A DNA stretch of 64,000 nucleotides, taken from the NCBI GenBank assembly GCA_028284545.1, contig JANQRN010000087.1:6082-70081 (forward strand). The letters run 5' to 3'. Below are positions 57,092 to 64,000 of the stretch, in pieces (the stretch's first letter is position 1; every line of letters begins with the position of its first letter). A model generated the notes under the pieces. That model made no database searches. It had not been told where the DNA came from and saw nothing but the letters and a program-made list of their open reading frames with translations. The stretch is from Rhodothermales bacterium (GTDB lineage Bacteria; Bacteroidota; Rhodothermia; Rhodothermales; JABDKH01). A program made the translations under genes and the position numbers.

Positions 57092-57973
57092 CTAGCGCTG
57101 AACGACCAGGGAGTGAACCAGCGTGCTCCCTCCGGAACGACTGCCGCTAGTCCCGGTGGGTGAGTCGGGACGCAGTCGGACAAAGTAGATGCCTACTGGC
57201 AAGTCAGATACATCTACCACCGCATCGATCGTCCCAGCGGCCGTGGCCGCACCGCTTGTTCGCACCCGCAGTCGGCCCTCGGTATCGTAGACCGCGATGT
57301 CCACCGCGAAGCGCGAAGCGTAACTGACCGTGACAGTCTCGGATGCCGGATTGGGATAAACCGCACTGATCTTCTCAGGCGAGGTCGTCTCATCGATTGC
57401 CGCAGACGTACTCAGTGCAACCGTAGCCTGCCCTGTATAGACGTGATCGTTGGCAGCATTGAACCTACCATCCGCCCCATTACCCGCGAAGTACAGCGTC
57501 ACGTCACCGGCGGTCTCTTGTTTCGGCATTGCGTACTGCATCGTCCAACTCGAAACACTGGAGGCCAGCTTTTGCGTCACGTAGTTGGGATTCCCGATGG
57601 TCAGTCTGGAGGTCGAGCCCGGAAGCCATTCTCCTGTGGGCTGTCCGTTCTTGTCCCGCGCGGTTATCTGAAAACCATGCCGCGCCGCGCCGAGATGGTC
57701 AACAAAAACCTCAACCGTGATCGTGTCGCCGAGTGCATAGAAGGCCGGCACGTTTACCCCAACAGTTCCGGAACCCGAGTTCAAAGGAAATGTGTTGTGG
57801 CAGCCTACGTCGTAGCAAGTACCAGAATTGCCTGGTGAGCCGTCGCCGTCGTCTGGCGCGCCGGCACGCTTCGCCTGAGACCCGCCTCCGTTGGGGGCAG
57901 AAGCAGCGAACGCCAACGCGAAAATGAACGCGATCGCAGCGGCGGGAAAGACCGTATTGCGGGGTGGAAACAT
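57092..57973 (-). CDS. Secreted protein of unknown function with T9SS C-terminal sorting domain
   Basis: A signal peptide is followed by the N-terminal motif GNSGTCYDVGCHNTF. The C-terminus reads VYPNPASETVTVSY...VYDTEGRL...GIYFVRL. Confidence 0.6.
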   Translation of the reverse strand: MFPPRNTVFPAAAIAFIFALAFAASAPNGGGSQAKRAGAPDDGDGSPGNSGTCYDVGCHNTFPLNSGSGTVGVNVPAFYALGDTITVEVFVDHLGAARHGFQITARDKNGQPTGEWLPGSTSRLTIGNPNYVTQKLASSVSSWTMQYAMPKQETAGDVTLYFAGNGADGRFNAANDHVYTGQATVALSTSAAIDETTSPEKISAVYPNPASETVTVSYASRFAVDIAVYDTEGRLRVRTSGAATAAGTIDAVVDVSDLPVGIYFVRLRPDSPTGTSGSRSGGSTLVHSLVVQR

Positions 57974-58018
57974 GGATCGGGTATCGGCCCCCGGCCCGTA
58001 GCATTTAAAACTGCAGCA

Positions 58019-58525
58019 CTAGGCGTCGGCGTCCGTTCTTATCACGAACGTATGCGCACGACCGTTCAGTTTCAGTGTGTATGGCCCGGGGCGGTATTGC
58101 CCGTCCAGCAGCACATAGAACCGATACGGTCGCATCACTGAGGCGCAGACAGTCCCTCGCGGCTTTCGCATTTGCAGATTCAGGTCGACGATGTGCTCGA
58201 CACGACTCTGTGAAACGTCGTGGAGCTCACTGCAGGAATCGGGGAAAGAGCCTTTGACTAGCACTTCTACCTCAGAGTCCGGTCCTGAAGAAGGGAAATG
58301 CCTGATGTGCAGCGTGTCGTAGACAGCCGGGTAGAACATGTAAGAAACAGCGGAGTCGGGTGGTGCGATCACCGTTGTCAAACGGCCGTCAGGGGCGGTA
58401 CCGTCGAAACGGTGGCCAAACTTTTCATCAGGCGATTGCGCCGCGTTCCGTGCACCACCACAGGCGCTAAAGAGCATACCTAAGACAACCACCATCAGCA
58501 CGACGTAGCGAGAATCAGCTTTCAT
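58019..58525 (-). CDS. Lipoprotein, function unknown
   Basis: MKADSRYVVLMVVVLGMLFSACGG carries a lipobox. The start overlaps rsfS by 11 nt. Confidence 0.5.
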   Translation of the reverse strand: MKADSRYVVLMVVVLGMLFSACGGARNAAQSPDEKFGHRFDGTAPDGRLTTVIAPPDSAVSYMFYPAVYDTLHIRHFPSSGPDSEVEVLVKGSFPDSCSELHDVSQSRVEHIVDLNLQMRKPRGTVCASVMRPYRFYVLLDGQYRPGPYTLKLNGRAHTFVIRTDADA

Positions 58526-58982
58526 TCGTGTCTCCGCCCGCCAGCATTGCTATGTGGATTTCAGACGCCTCTGCATCAATCGTCTCAATCGGAGCGTCCC
58601 CCCACAGCCGCTCCAGACCATAGTACTCGCGGGCCTCAGCCATCATCACGTGTACAACTACATCCACGTAGTCGAGGAGGACCCATTGAAGGCTGTCAGT
58701 GCCCTCGACGTGCCATGGTCGCTCGTCATGCTCGTCTCGGATGCGCGACCGGACCTCCGACGCGATTGCCTTTATCTGAACGTCTGAGCCACCAGTACAA
58801 ACCACGAAGTAATCTGCTACGCCGCTCACGTCATGCATGTCCATGATTGAGATAGCCGAGCCCTTTTTCTCAGCGATGGCGTCGACCGCCGTCCGCACGA
58901 GTGCTGCCGTGGGCGTTCCGGTGCTCCGGTTGACAAGTGGGTCACGCTTATCAAGCGCTTTCAGCTGCTCGGGTAGATTCAT
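58515..58982 (-). CDS. rsfS: Ribosome silencing factor RsfS
   Basis: ADYFVVCTGGSDVQIKAIASEV...WVLLDYVDVVVHVM is the iojap-like core. Confidence 0.85.
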   Translation of the reverse strand: MNLPEQLKALDKRDPLVNRSTGTPTAALVRTAVDAIAEKKGSAISIMDMHDVSGVADYFVVCTGGSDVQIKAIASEVRSRIRDEHDERPWHVEGTDSLQWVLLDYVDVVVHVMMAEAREYYGLERLWGDAPIETIDAEASEIHIAMLAGGDTNES

Positions 58983-59014
58983 TCAGTTCGTCTGTTGTTA
59001 TGTAGGAGCCGTGT

Positions 59015-59533
59015 CTAGTTTTCGTCGCGTTCCGCAAACGCGAAGAGGCTCTCGTAATCTCTTCCTATGACTACCGTCGCGTCGAGCAGGGCGTCTTCCT
59101 CAGTTTCCTGCCGAATGTGCTCAACCGGTATGCCGATCGCCGAGGCAACCTTGCGAGCCGCCTGCAGGTCACCGGTGTGGTCAACGACGAACGACGTGTC
59201 AACATCCTGGCTGGCGTAGTTCCCCACGCCGACCACGTCAAATCCGCGCCGGCGCATGTGCGTCCGTGCTTCGGCCGCGAGGTTATCTATACCACATCCG
59301 TTCAGGATCTCAATCTGTATTGTGGTGCCTTCAAGATCAGCCGGGTTTGTCACGCGAACGGGGTCTACGCGCGGTGCAACGACCCCGACCACCAATCCAT
59401 AAACCAGCACCAGCGCTACCGTGACCGCCAACGCAATTCCGATACTCCATAGCGGATTGTCCCCCCCGGTCTTTCGCTTAGCCATCATCCTGCGGCCGCA
59501 AAAGAAAAAGGCGCACGCAACTGCGAACGCCAA
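59015..59533 (-). CDS. LytR_C domain membrane protein
   Basis: A transmembrane anchor is followed by IEILNGCGIDNLAAEARTHMRRRGFDVVGVGNY. Confidence 0.65.
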   Translation of the reverse strand: MAFAVACAFFFCGRRMMAKRKTGGDNPLWSIGIALAVTVALVLVYGLVVGVVAPRVDPVRVTNPADLEGTTIQIEILNGCGIDNLAAEARTHMRRRGFDVVGVGNYASQDVDTSFVVDHTGDLQAARKVASAIGIPVEHIRQETEEDALLDATVVIGRDYESLFAFAERDEN

Positions 59534-59582
59534 TCCTGCAAGCTAACGTCCAACAATGTTCATAGCGAGTGCTGGACGCTCC

Positions 59583-60080
59583 CTAGTAAACTGGACGGTA
59601 GCGACCGTAGGGTCCGAGATAGTTGCCGTACGGGCTTCGGTGGTACGACAGGTTGAAGGTCACATTCTCTGAGGGCTGGTAGCGAACCGAGGCGTTTCGG
59701 AGGAACACGTCGGCACTACGACCGCTGACGCTACCAGGGTTGGTCGAGAACCCCGAGGCGTTATTGCCAAACGGAGAATACGCAACGGAGACGTCTGCAC
59801 GCGCTGCAAGCTTATTCCCAAAGCGCCACTGCAGCGAGTTCGTGTACATGGCTAGCGAGCTAGACCCATAGCTGCTGCCCCCAACGCTCATCTCGAAGGC
59901 ATGAGACATTGCAAAGTGCTCCGGATTAAAGAGCGTCTTCATTAGCAGACCGACTCCCTCTGGAGCCTGCATCAAAGACTCAGACTGCGCCGCAACGCGA
60001 CCGTCTCGCAATTGTGCGTGCACAGGCGCGCTGAACGACAGCACCGCGATCAGCATCAGGAGTGTCCCGTATCTACGCAT
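59583..60080 (-). CDS. Small secreted/outer-membrane protein, function unknown
   Basis: Signal peptide MRRYGTLLMLIAVLSFSAPVHAQ and a beta-rich composition. Confidence 0.45.
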   Translation of the reverse strand: MRRYGTLLMLIAVLSFSAPVHAQLRDGRVAAQSESLMQAPEGVGLLMKTLFNPEHFAMSHAFEMSVGGSSYGSSSLAMYTNSLQWRFGNKLAARADVSVAYSPFGNNASGFSTNPGSVSGRSADVFLRNASVRYQPSENVTFNLSYHRSPYGNYLGPYGRYRPVY

Positions 60081-60354
60081 AAGATCAGTCTCCTATCCAG
60101 GTTGGACTTGCTTCGTACCAGTTGCCTGGAAGTGAATAAGTGTCTGTACTATCTGGGGCGTTCGGCCAGGTGTGCCCGAAATGGCTCACAATGCCTTCAC
60201 GCAGAGTCTTCAAGCAAAGTCTGCAAGCGCTCCCTACAAAGGTATCGTACCGTTAGCTGGCTTGTCAATGCAGAATAACGGACTATCCGGAACGCCTCGT
60301 CCGGCTTCTTGTTCTCTCCTCCCCCACTCAAACGGCCCAAATCGACCATTTCGT

Positions 60355-61410
60355 ATGCAGCCAGCGAATTCGGCCTGCGAGATCTTGCTCGCGATCGAGA
60401 CCTCGTGCGATGATACGGCCGCGTCTGTGGTATGCGACGGGACCATACGGTCCAATATCGTGTCATCGCAGATTGACCACGCGCGCTACGGAGGCGTTGT
60501 GCCCGAGATCGCCTCTCGTGCGCACCAGAGATTCGTGCTCCCGGTGACGCGGACTGCACTCGAGGCTGCGGGAGTTGATATCAATGACGTCACGTATGTC
60601 GCGGCCACTTACGGGCCAGGACTCGCTGGGTCGCTCCTTGTCGGGATGTCGTTCGCGAAGGCCGTCTCAGCCGCGCGGAATATCCCGTTTCTCGCGGTCA
60701 ATCACCTGGATGGTCACCTGTTCTCGCCGTTCATGCAAGAAGATGGTGCCCTGGCACAGCCACCATTCCCGTTCCTCGCCCTCGTGGTCTCTGGCGGGCA
60801 TTCGGAGCTGTTGGTGGTTGAGGATTGGCATCAGCGAACGCGACTCGGCAGGACGCGCGACGATGCTGCGGGGGAAGCTTTCGACAAGGTCGCGAAGCTG
60901 CTCGGTCTCCCGTATCCCGGGGGCCCCGCCATCGAACGCGCGGCGATGGGAGTCAAGCACGGCGTCGGAGATCCCGCATTCGTTGACTTTCCCCGCACGA
61001 CGCTACCCGACTACGCGTTCTCGTTCTCCGGGATCAAGACGTCGGTCCTGTATCACCTTAACGGCTATGACGAGGCGGCACGCGCGGCGTACCTGGCTGA
61101 TCACCTGCACGATCTGGCTGCCTCTTTCCAGCAGGCCATGATCGAGATGCTCTTGCGGCCGGTCGAAGAGGCCATGCGAGCAACCGGAATTCGGCAGGTC
61201 GCCTTGTCGGGAGGTGTCTCGGCAAACGAGCAGCTCCGTGTTCAAGCGCAAGCGCTTTGCAGACGGCGCAGCGCAGCCCTGCACGTCGCTCCCCGCGGGT
61301 TGCGGACCGACAATGCCGCGATGATCGGACTCGTTGCGTATCATCACGTGGCCGCCGGGCGAGAAAGCCCCCTCACCCAGACGATAGATCCGTCTGCCGC
61401 CCTCGTCTGA
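60355..61410 (+). CDS. tsaD: tRNA N6-adenosine threonylcarbamoyltransferase
   Basis: The ATG at 60355 starts a protein with ILLAIETSCDDTAASVV, VNHLDGH, and the GGVSAN motif. Confidence 0.9.
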   Translation: MQPANSACEILLAIETSCDDTAASVVCDGTIRSNIVSSQIDHARYGGVVPEIASRAHQRFVLPVTRTALEAAGVDINDVTYVAATYGPGLAGSLLVGMSFAKAVSAARNIPFLAVNHLDGHLFSPFMQEDGALAQPPFPFLALVVSGGHSELLVVEDWHQRTRLGRTRDDAAGEAFDKVAKLLGLPYPGGPAIERAAMGVKHGVGDPAFVDFPRTTLPDYAFSFSGIKTSVLYHLNGYDEAARAAYLADHLHDLAASFQQAMIEMLLRPVEEAMRATGIRQVALSGGVSANEQLRVQAQALCRRRSAALHVAPRGLRTDNAAMIGLVAYHHVAAGRESPLTQTIDPSAALV

Positions 61411-61438
61411 ATTTCGACGGGGAGAATCCCGACAAGCG

Positions 61439-61885
61439 TTGCGGACAAGCGTTTCGGACATGACCACGAAATCCAGACACGGGACCCACGAAGCGCAGCT
61501 CGCCGACTTGATCGAACTGCTGCAGCAGCTGACGCCCGGAGAACCCGGAGATGACGGGCTCGGTGAGCTGCGCAAAAACATCGACCGTATCGATCAAATT
61601 ATCCTTCAATTGGTCAATCGAAGAGTCGAATATGCAGCGGTGATTGGTAAACTGAAGAAAAGCGCCGGAACGCCCGTATACGTCCCTACGCGGGAGGCAG
61701 AAGTGCTTGAGAACGTCCATCGCGGAAACCGGGGACCGCTCAGCGAAGAAGCTGTCAGGCGCGTGTTTGAGCGAATCATCGACGAAACGCGGTCGCTTGA
61801 GCGCCGCCGATACCAGGACGATCCATTGACGAGAGTAGATTCAGAACGGGTAGACTCACAGCAATTGCGTCAAGATGAAGACTAG
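61439..61885 (+). CDS. Chorismate mutase (AroQ class, monofunctional)
   Basis: LRKNIDRIDQIILQLVNRRVEYAAVIGKLKK...PVYVPTREAEVLENV. Confidence 0.8.
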   Translation: MRTSVSDMTTKSRHGTHEAQLADLIELLQQLTPGEPGDDGLGELRKNIDRIDQIILQLVNRRVEYAAVIGKLKKSAGTPVYVPTREAEVLENVHRGNRGPLSEEAVRRVFERIIDETRSLERRRYQDDPLTRVDSERVDSQQLRQDED

Positions 61886-62912
61886 GCTGATCTGGAGAAT
61901 TGCGGTCGCGCTTGGTATCGCGGGCCTGATCGCGTTGGCCGTTGGCTACTGGGTCGTGTTCAGCGGCAACACCGGCGCTTTTGAGGGCGAACGCTCCGTC
62001 TACATCGAACGTGCTGCCTCTTTGGACGCAGTAGCCGACTCCCTGGTCGATGCCGGTGTCCTCGGAGATCGTGGAAGATTTGCACTCCTCGCGCGGGCGA
62101 CCGGCTGGGGCGATCAGGTCAAGGCCGGGCACTACACATTCACAGCAGGCGCCTCCTCCTACGAGATCCTGCAGACGCTCCGGCGCGGACTGCAAAAACC
62201 AGTTCGCGTTGTGATCCCTCCCGGATCGCGACCCGAAGTTGTCGCGGCCGTCGTTGCTCGCGAGATGGAGTTTGAGCCAGACGATTTTTTGAAAGCGCTC
62301 GAGAACGATTCCCTGGCGAGGGCCCTCGGGACCGACACGCAGCATCTGTTCGCGTACATGTTGCCAGAGACGTACAGCTTCTACTGGCTCAACGACGCCG
62401 AGACCGTTGTAAAGAAAGTGAAAGAGTATGCCGATGGCGTACTGGCATCAGCCGCGCGACGTGACGTTCACGGCCTTTCCCTGTCTCCTGACGACGTGCT
62501 CAATGTAGCGTCTATTGTCGAATGGGAGTCTGACCTGGTGGACGAGCGACCTGTCATCGCCGGAGTATACCTGAATCGCCTGCGAGATCGCTGGCGCCTG
62601 CAGGCAGACCCGACCGTGCAGTACGCAATCATCAAGACTGAGGGCAAGAAGCGTCGACTATACTTCAGGGACTACGAGATCGACGACCCTTACAACACCT
62701 ACCGCTTCATCGGACTCCCGCCCGGCCCCGTCACAAATCCGTCGCCGACCGCAATCAAAGCCGTGCTTGCCCCGGAACGCCATGGCTATTTCTTCTTCGT
62801 AAGCAATGGTGACGGCAGTCATGTATTCACCCGTACGTTACGGGAGCACAACAGAGCCGCGGCACAGTACCGGCGGCGGATGCGCGAGCGCGCAACAGCC
62901 GCAGCCGGCTAG
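61875..62912 (+). CDS. mltG: Endolytic murein transglycosylase MltG (YceG-like)
   Basis: An N-terminal transmembrane helix is followed by ASIVEWESDLVDERPVIAGVYLNRL...LQADPTVQY...YNTYRFIGLPPGPVTNP. Confidence 0.9.
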   Translation: MKTRLIWRIAVALGIAGLIALAVGYWVVFSGNTGAFEGERSVYIERAASLDAVADSLVDAGVLGDRGRFALLARATGWGDQVKAGHYTFTAGASSYEILQTLRRGLQKPVRVVIPPGSRPEVVAAVVAREMEFEPDDFLKALENDSLARALGTDTQHLFAYMLPETYSFYWLNDAETVVKKVKEYADGVLASAARRDVHGLSLSPDDVLNVASIVEWESDLVDERPVIAGVYLNRLRDRWRLQADPTVQYAIIKTEGKKRRLYFRDYEIDDPYNTYRFIGLPPGPVTNPSPTAIKAVLAPERHGYFFFVSNGDGSHVFTRTLREHNRAAAQYRRRMRERATAAAG

Positions 62913-62924
62913 ACGAATAGACGG

Positions 62925-64000
62925 CTAGATTCTGGCTCTCACGCCAATTGCGAAGCGGCCCCTTAGGACTTCCTCGTTCACTACCGGAGCGCCCTCCACG
63001 TCGTAGGGCACGAACGTATCGTCAAATCGCTCGCCTGACCATCCGAAGTCGACGAGAAAGCTCCTCGACGCCTTGTAGGTGATACCGGCGGCGACGTAGT
63101 TACGATCGCGTTCGACACGGGCAGCACCCTGCCGACCCGCGGTCTGGGCGCGCTGGTCTGGAAGCATGGCAAAGCCGGCCCGGGCCACTACCCGACCAAA
63201 GTCGTATTCACCCCCGATTCTGACGTTCAGCACGCCGTCAAGCTGTTCCCGAATCAGCCGGTTTTCGGAGGCGAACGAGAAGTCCGTCGCATCGAATTCG
63301 AGCTGTGACCAGTCCAGCAGTTCTGCGTCGGCGTAAACGCTCAGGTCGCCATTCGTGAAGCCGACGCCAACGCCGACCCGCCACGGCGAGATGATATTGT
63401 AGTCGAACGAACCTGCACCGGCGTCCTCGTCAAAGTCGTCTCCGTAGGTGTCCGAAAAACCATCGTCGAACTCTGCTCGCACGACCGTCGAGAAATCCTC
63501 AGAGACCTGATAGTAGGTCGGAGTTTCCACGGAGGCTCCAACAGTAAATCCGGATTTGGTTCGTACCGAGATGCCGGCCCGAGCATTGATCCCGGCGATG
63601 CGCGACTCTACACTCTGGGTCCACTCGAGGTAGTCAAAGTCGACCGAGCCGCCCGTCCCGTCGTTGTCGTTGTTGACGTCCTCTTCAGCGACGAATCTAT
63701 CCAACTCCCACTTGCCGTAGGGAACGTTTAGCGATCCGCCGATCATGACTCCTTCCGCGGCTTCAAGCGCAACGCCGAAATTCAGCTCATGCATCGACCC
63801 GGTCTCGCGGATCGAACCCGACTGCTCTACCGTACCGCGCGTAACGGCCGGGAAGAACGGAACATCAGCTCCGGATTCAAAGGCATCGACATCCAGGTCG
63901 ATCGCGAATACCTCGAAGGAGATAAACGACAGGTCACGGTTGAACGTTGGTATGAACTCGTCGTCGGCCGTCCCGAACACGTTGTCTGGACCGCTCGTCG
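62925..64000 (-). CDS. Outer-membrane beta-barrel protein (FadL/PorV-like), 5' end outside window
   Basis: The reading frame is open to the window edge and shows an alternating beta-strand pattern. The family assignment is by eye only. Confidence 0.45.
   Translation of the reverse strand, partial: TSGPDNVFGTADDEFIPTFNRDLSFISFEVFAIDLDVDAFESGADVPFFPAVTRGTVEQSGSIRETGSMHELNFGVALEAAEGVMIGGSLNVPYGKWELDRFVAEEDVNNDNDGTGGSVDFDYLEWTQSVESRIAGINARAGISVRTKSGFTVGASVETPTYYQVSEDFSTVVRAEFDDGFSDTYGDDFDEDAGAGSFDYNIISPWRVGVGVGFTNGDLSVYADAELLDWSQLEFDATDFSFASENRLIREQLDGVLNVRIGGEYDFGRVVARAGFAMLPDQRAQTAGRQGAARVERDRNYVAAGITYKASRSFLVDFGWSGERFDDTFVPYDVEGAPVVNEEVLRGRFAIGVRARI

Noticed and set aside
12552-61410. An apparent enrichment of ribosome-biogenesis genes (engB, rsmA, rsmD, era, rsmI, rsfS, tsaD), considered as a possible 'system'.
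   Set aside because: The genes are dispersed among unrelated housekeeping genes on both strands. This looks like ordinary core-genome content rather than a functional cluster.
1-64000. A scan for CRISPR arrays, transposases, integrases, tRNA or rRNA genes, toxin-antitoxin pairs and known defence-system hallmarks.
   Set aside because: I recognised none. Intergenic space is small, and the only notable repeats are the short ones reported above. This was an eye scan and cannot exclude small or degenerate elements.

Overview
This is a gene-dense chromosomal segment of about 60% GC, with roughly 58 CDS and over 90% coding. All calls rest on reading the supplied ORF translations and the DNA by eye; I ran no database search, HMM or RNA folding.

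The gene content suggests an FCB-group bacterium, probably Rhodothermota/Balneolota-like Bacteroidota. The markers are T9SS C-terminal sorting domains, several PorV/PorQ-like barrels, a CarboxypepD_reg TonB receptor, BshA and a DUF2723 protein.

Most of the window is housekeeping:
- Metabolism: serA, sucD, add, aroA, metH, pdxJ, pdxB, coaD, bshA, chorismate mutase.
- Ribosome and RNA modification: engB, era, rsmA, rsmD, rsmI, rsfS, tsaD.
- Envelope and transport: murB, mltG, tatA, mscL, mgtE, bioY.

I recognised no rRNA, tRNA, CRISPR array, transposase, integrase or obvious defence genes.

Leads worth a second look:
1. A SusD-less TonB-receptor operon (2273-10283) that encodes a 1150-aa T9SS cargo and its own PorV-like barrel.
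2. The 679-bp non-coding spacer upstream of it (10284-10962). It holds a consensus sigma70-type promoter and an intrinsic terminator about 195 nt downstream, so it is either an orphan sRNA or an attenuating leader. It also holds repeated operator-like motifs.
3. A translationally coupled string (34817-40347): M50 protease, Ig-like lipoprotein, a BNR beta-propeller with a C-terminal sorting domain, and two PorV/PorQ-like barrels. This resembles a T9SS attachment-complex module without PorU.
4. A partial System I ccmBCDE cluster whose CcmE carries CxxxY instead of HxxxY.
5. A heptaheme-TPR lipoprotein.
6. An orphan PilM-like plus pilin-like gene pair.

I see no compelling evidence for an entirely new system. 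The T9SS-related modules and the non-coding spacer are the best candidates.
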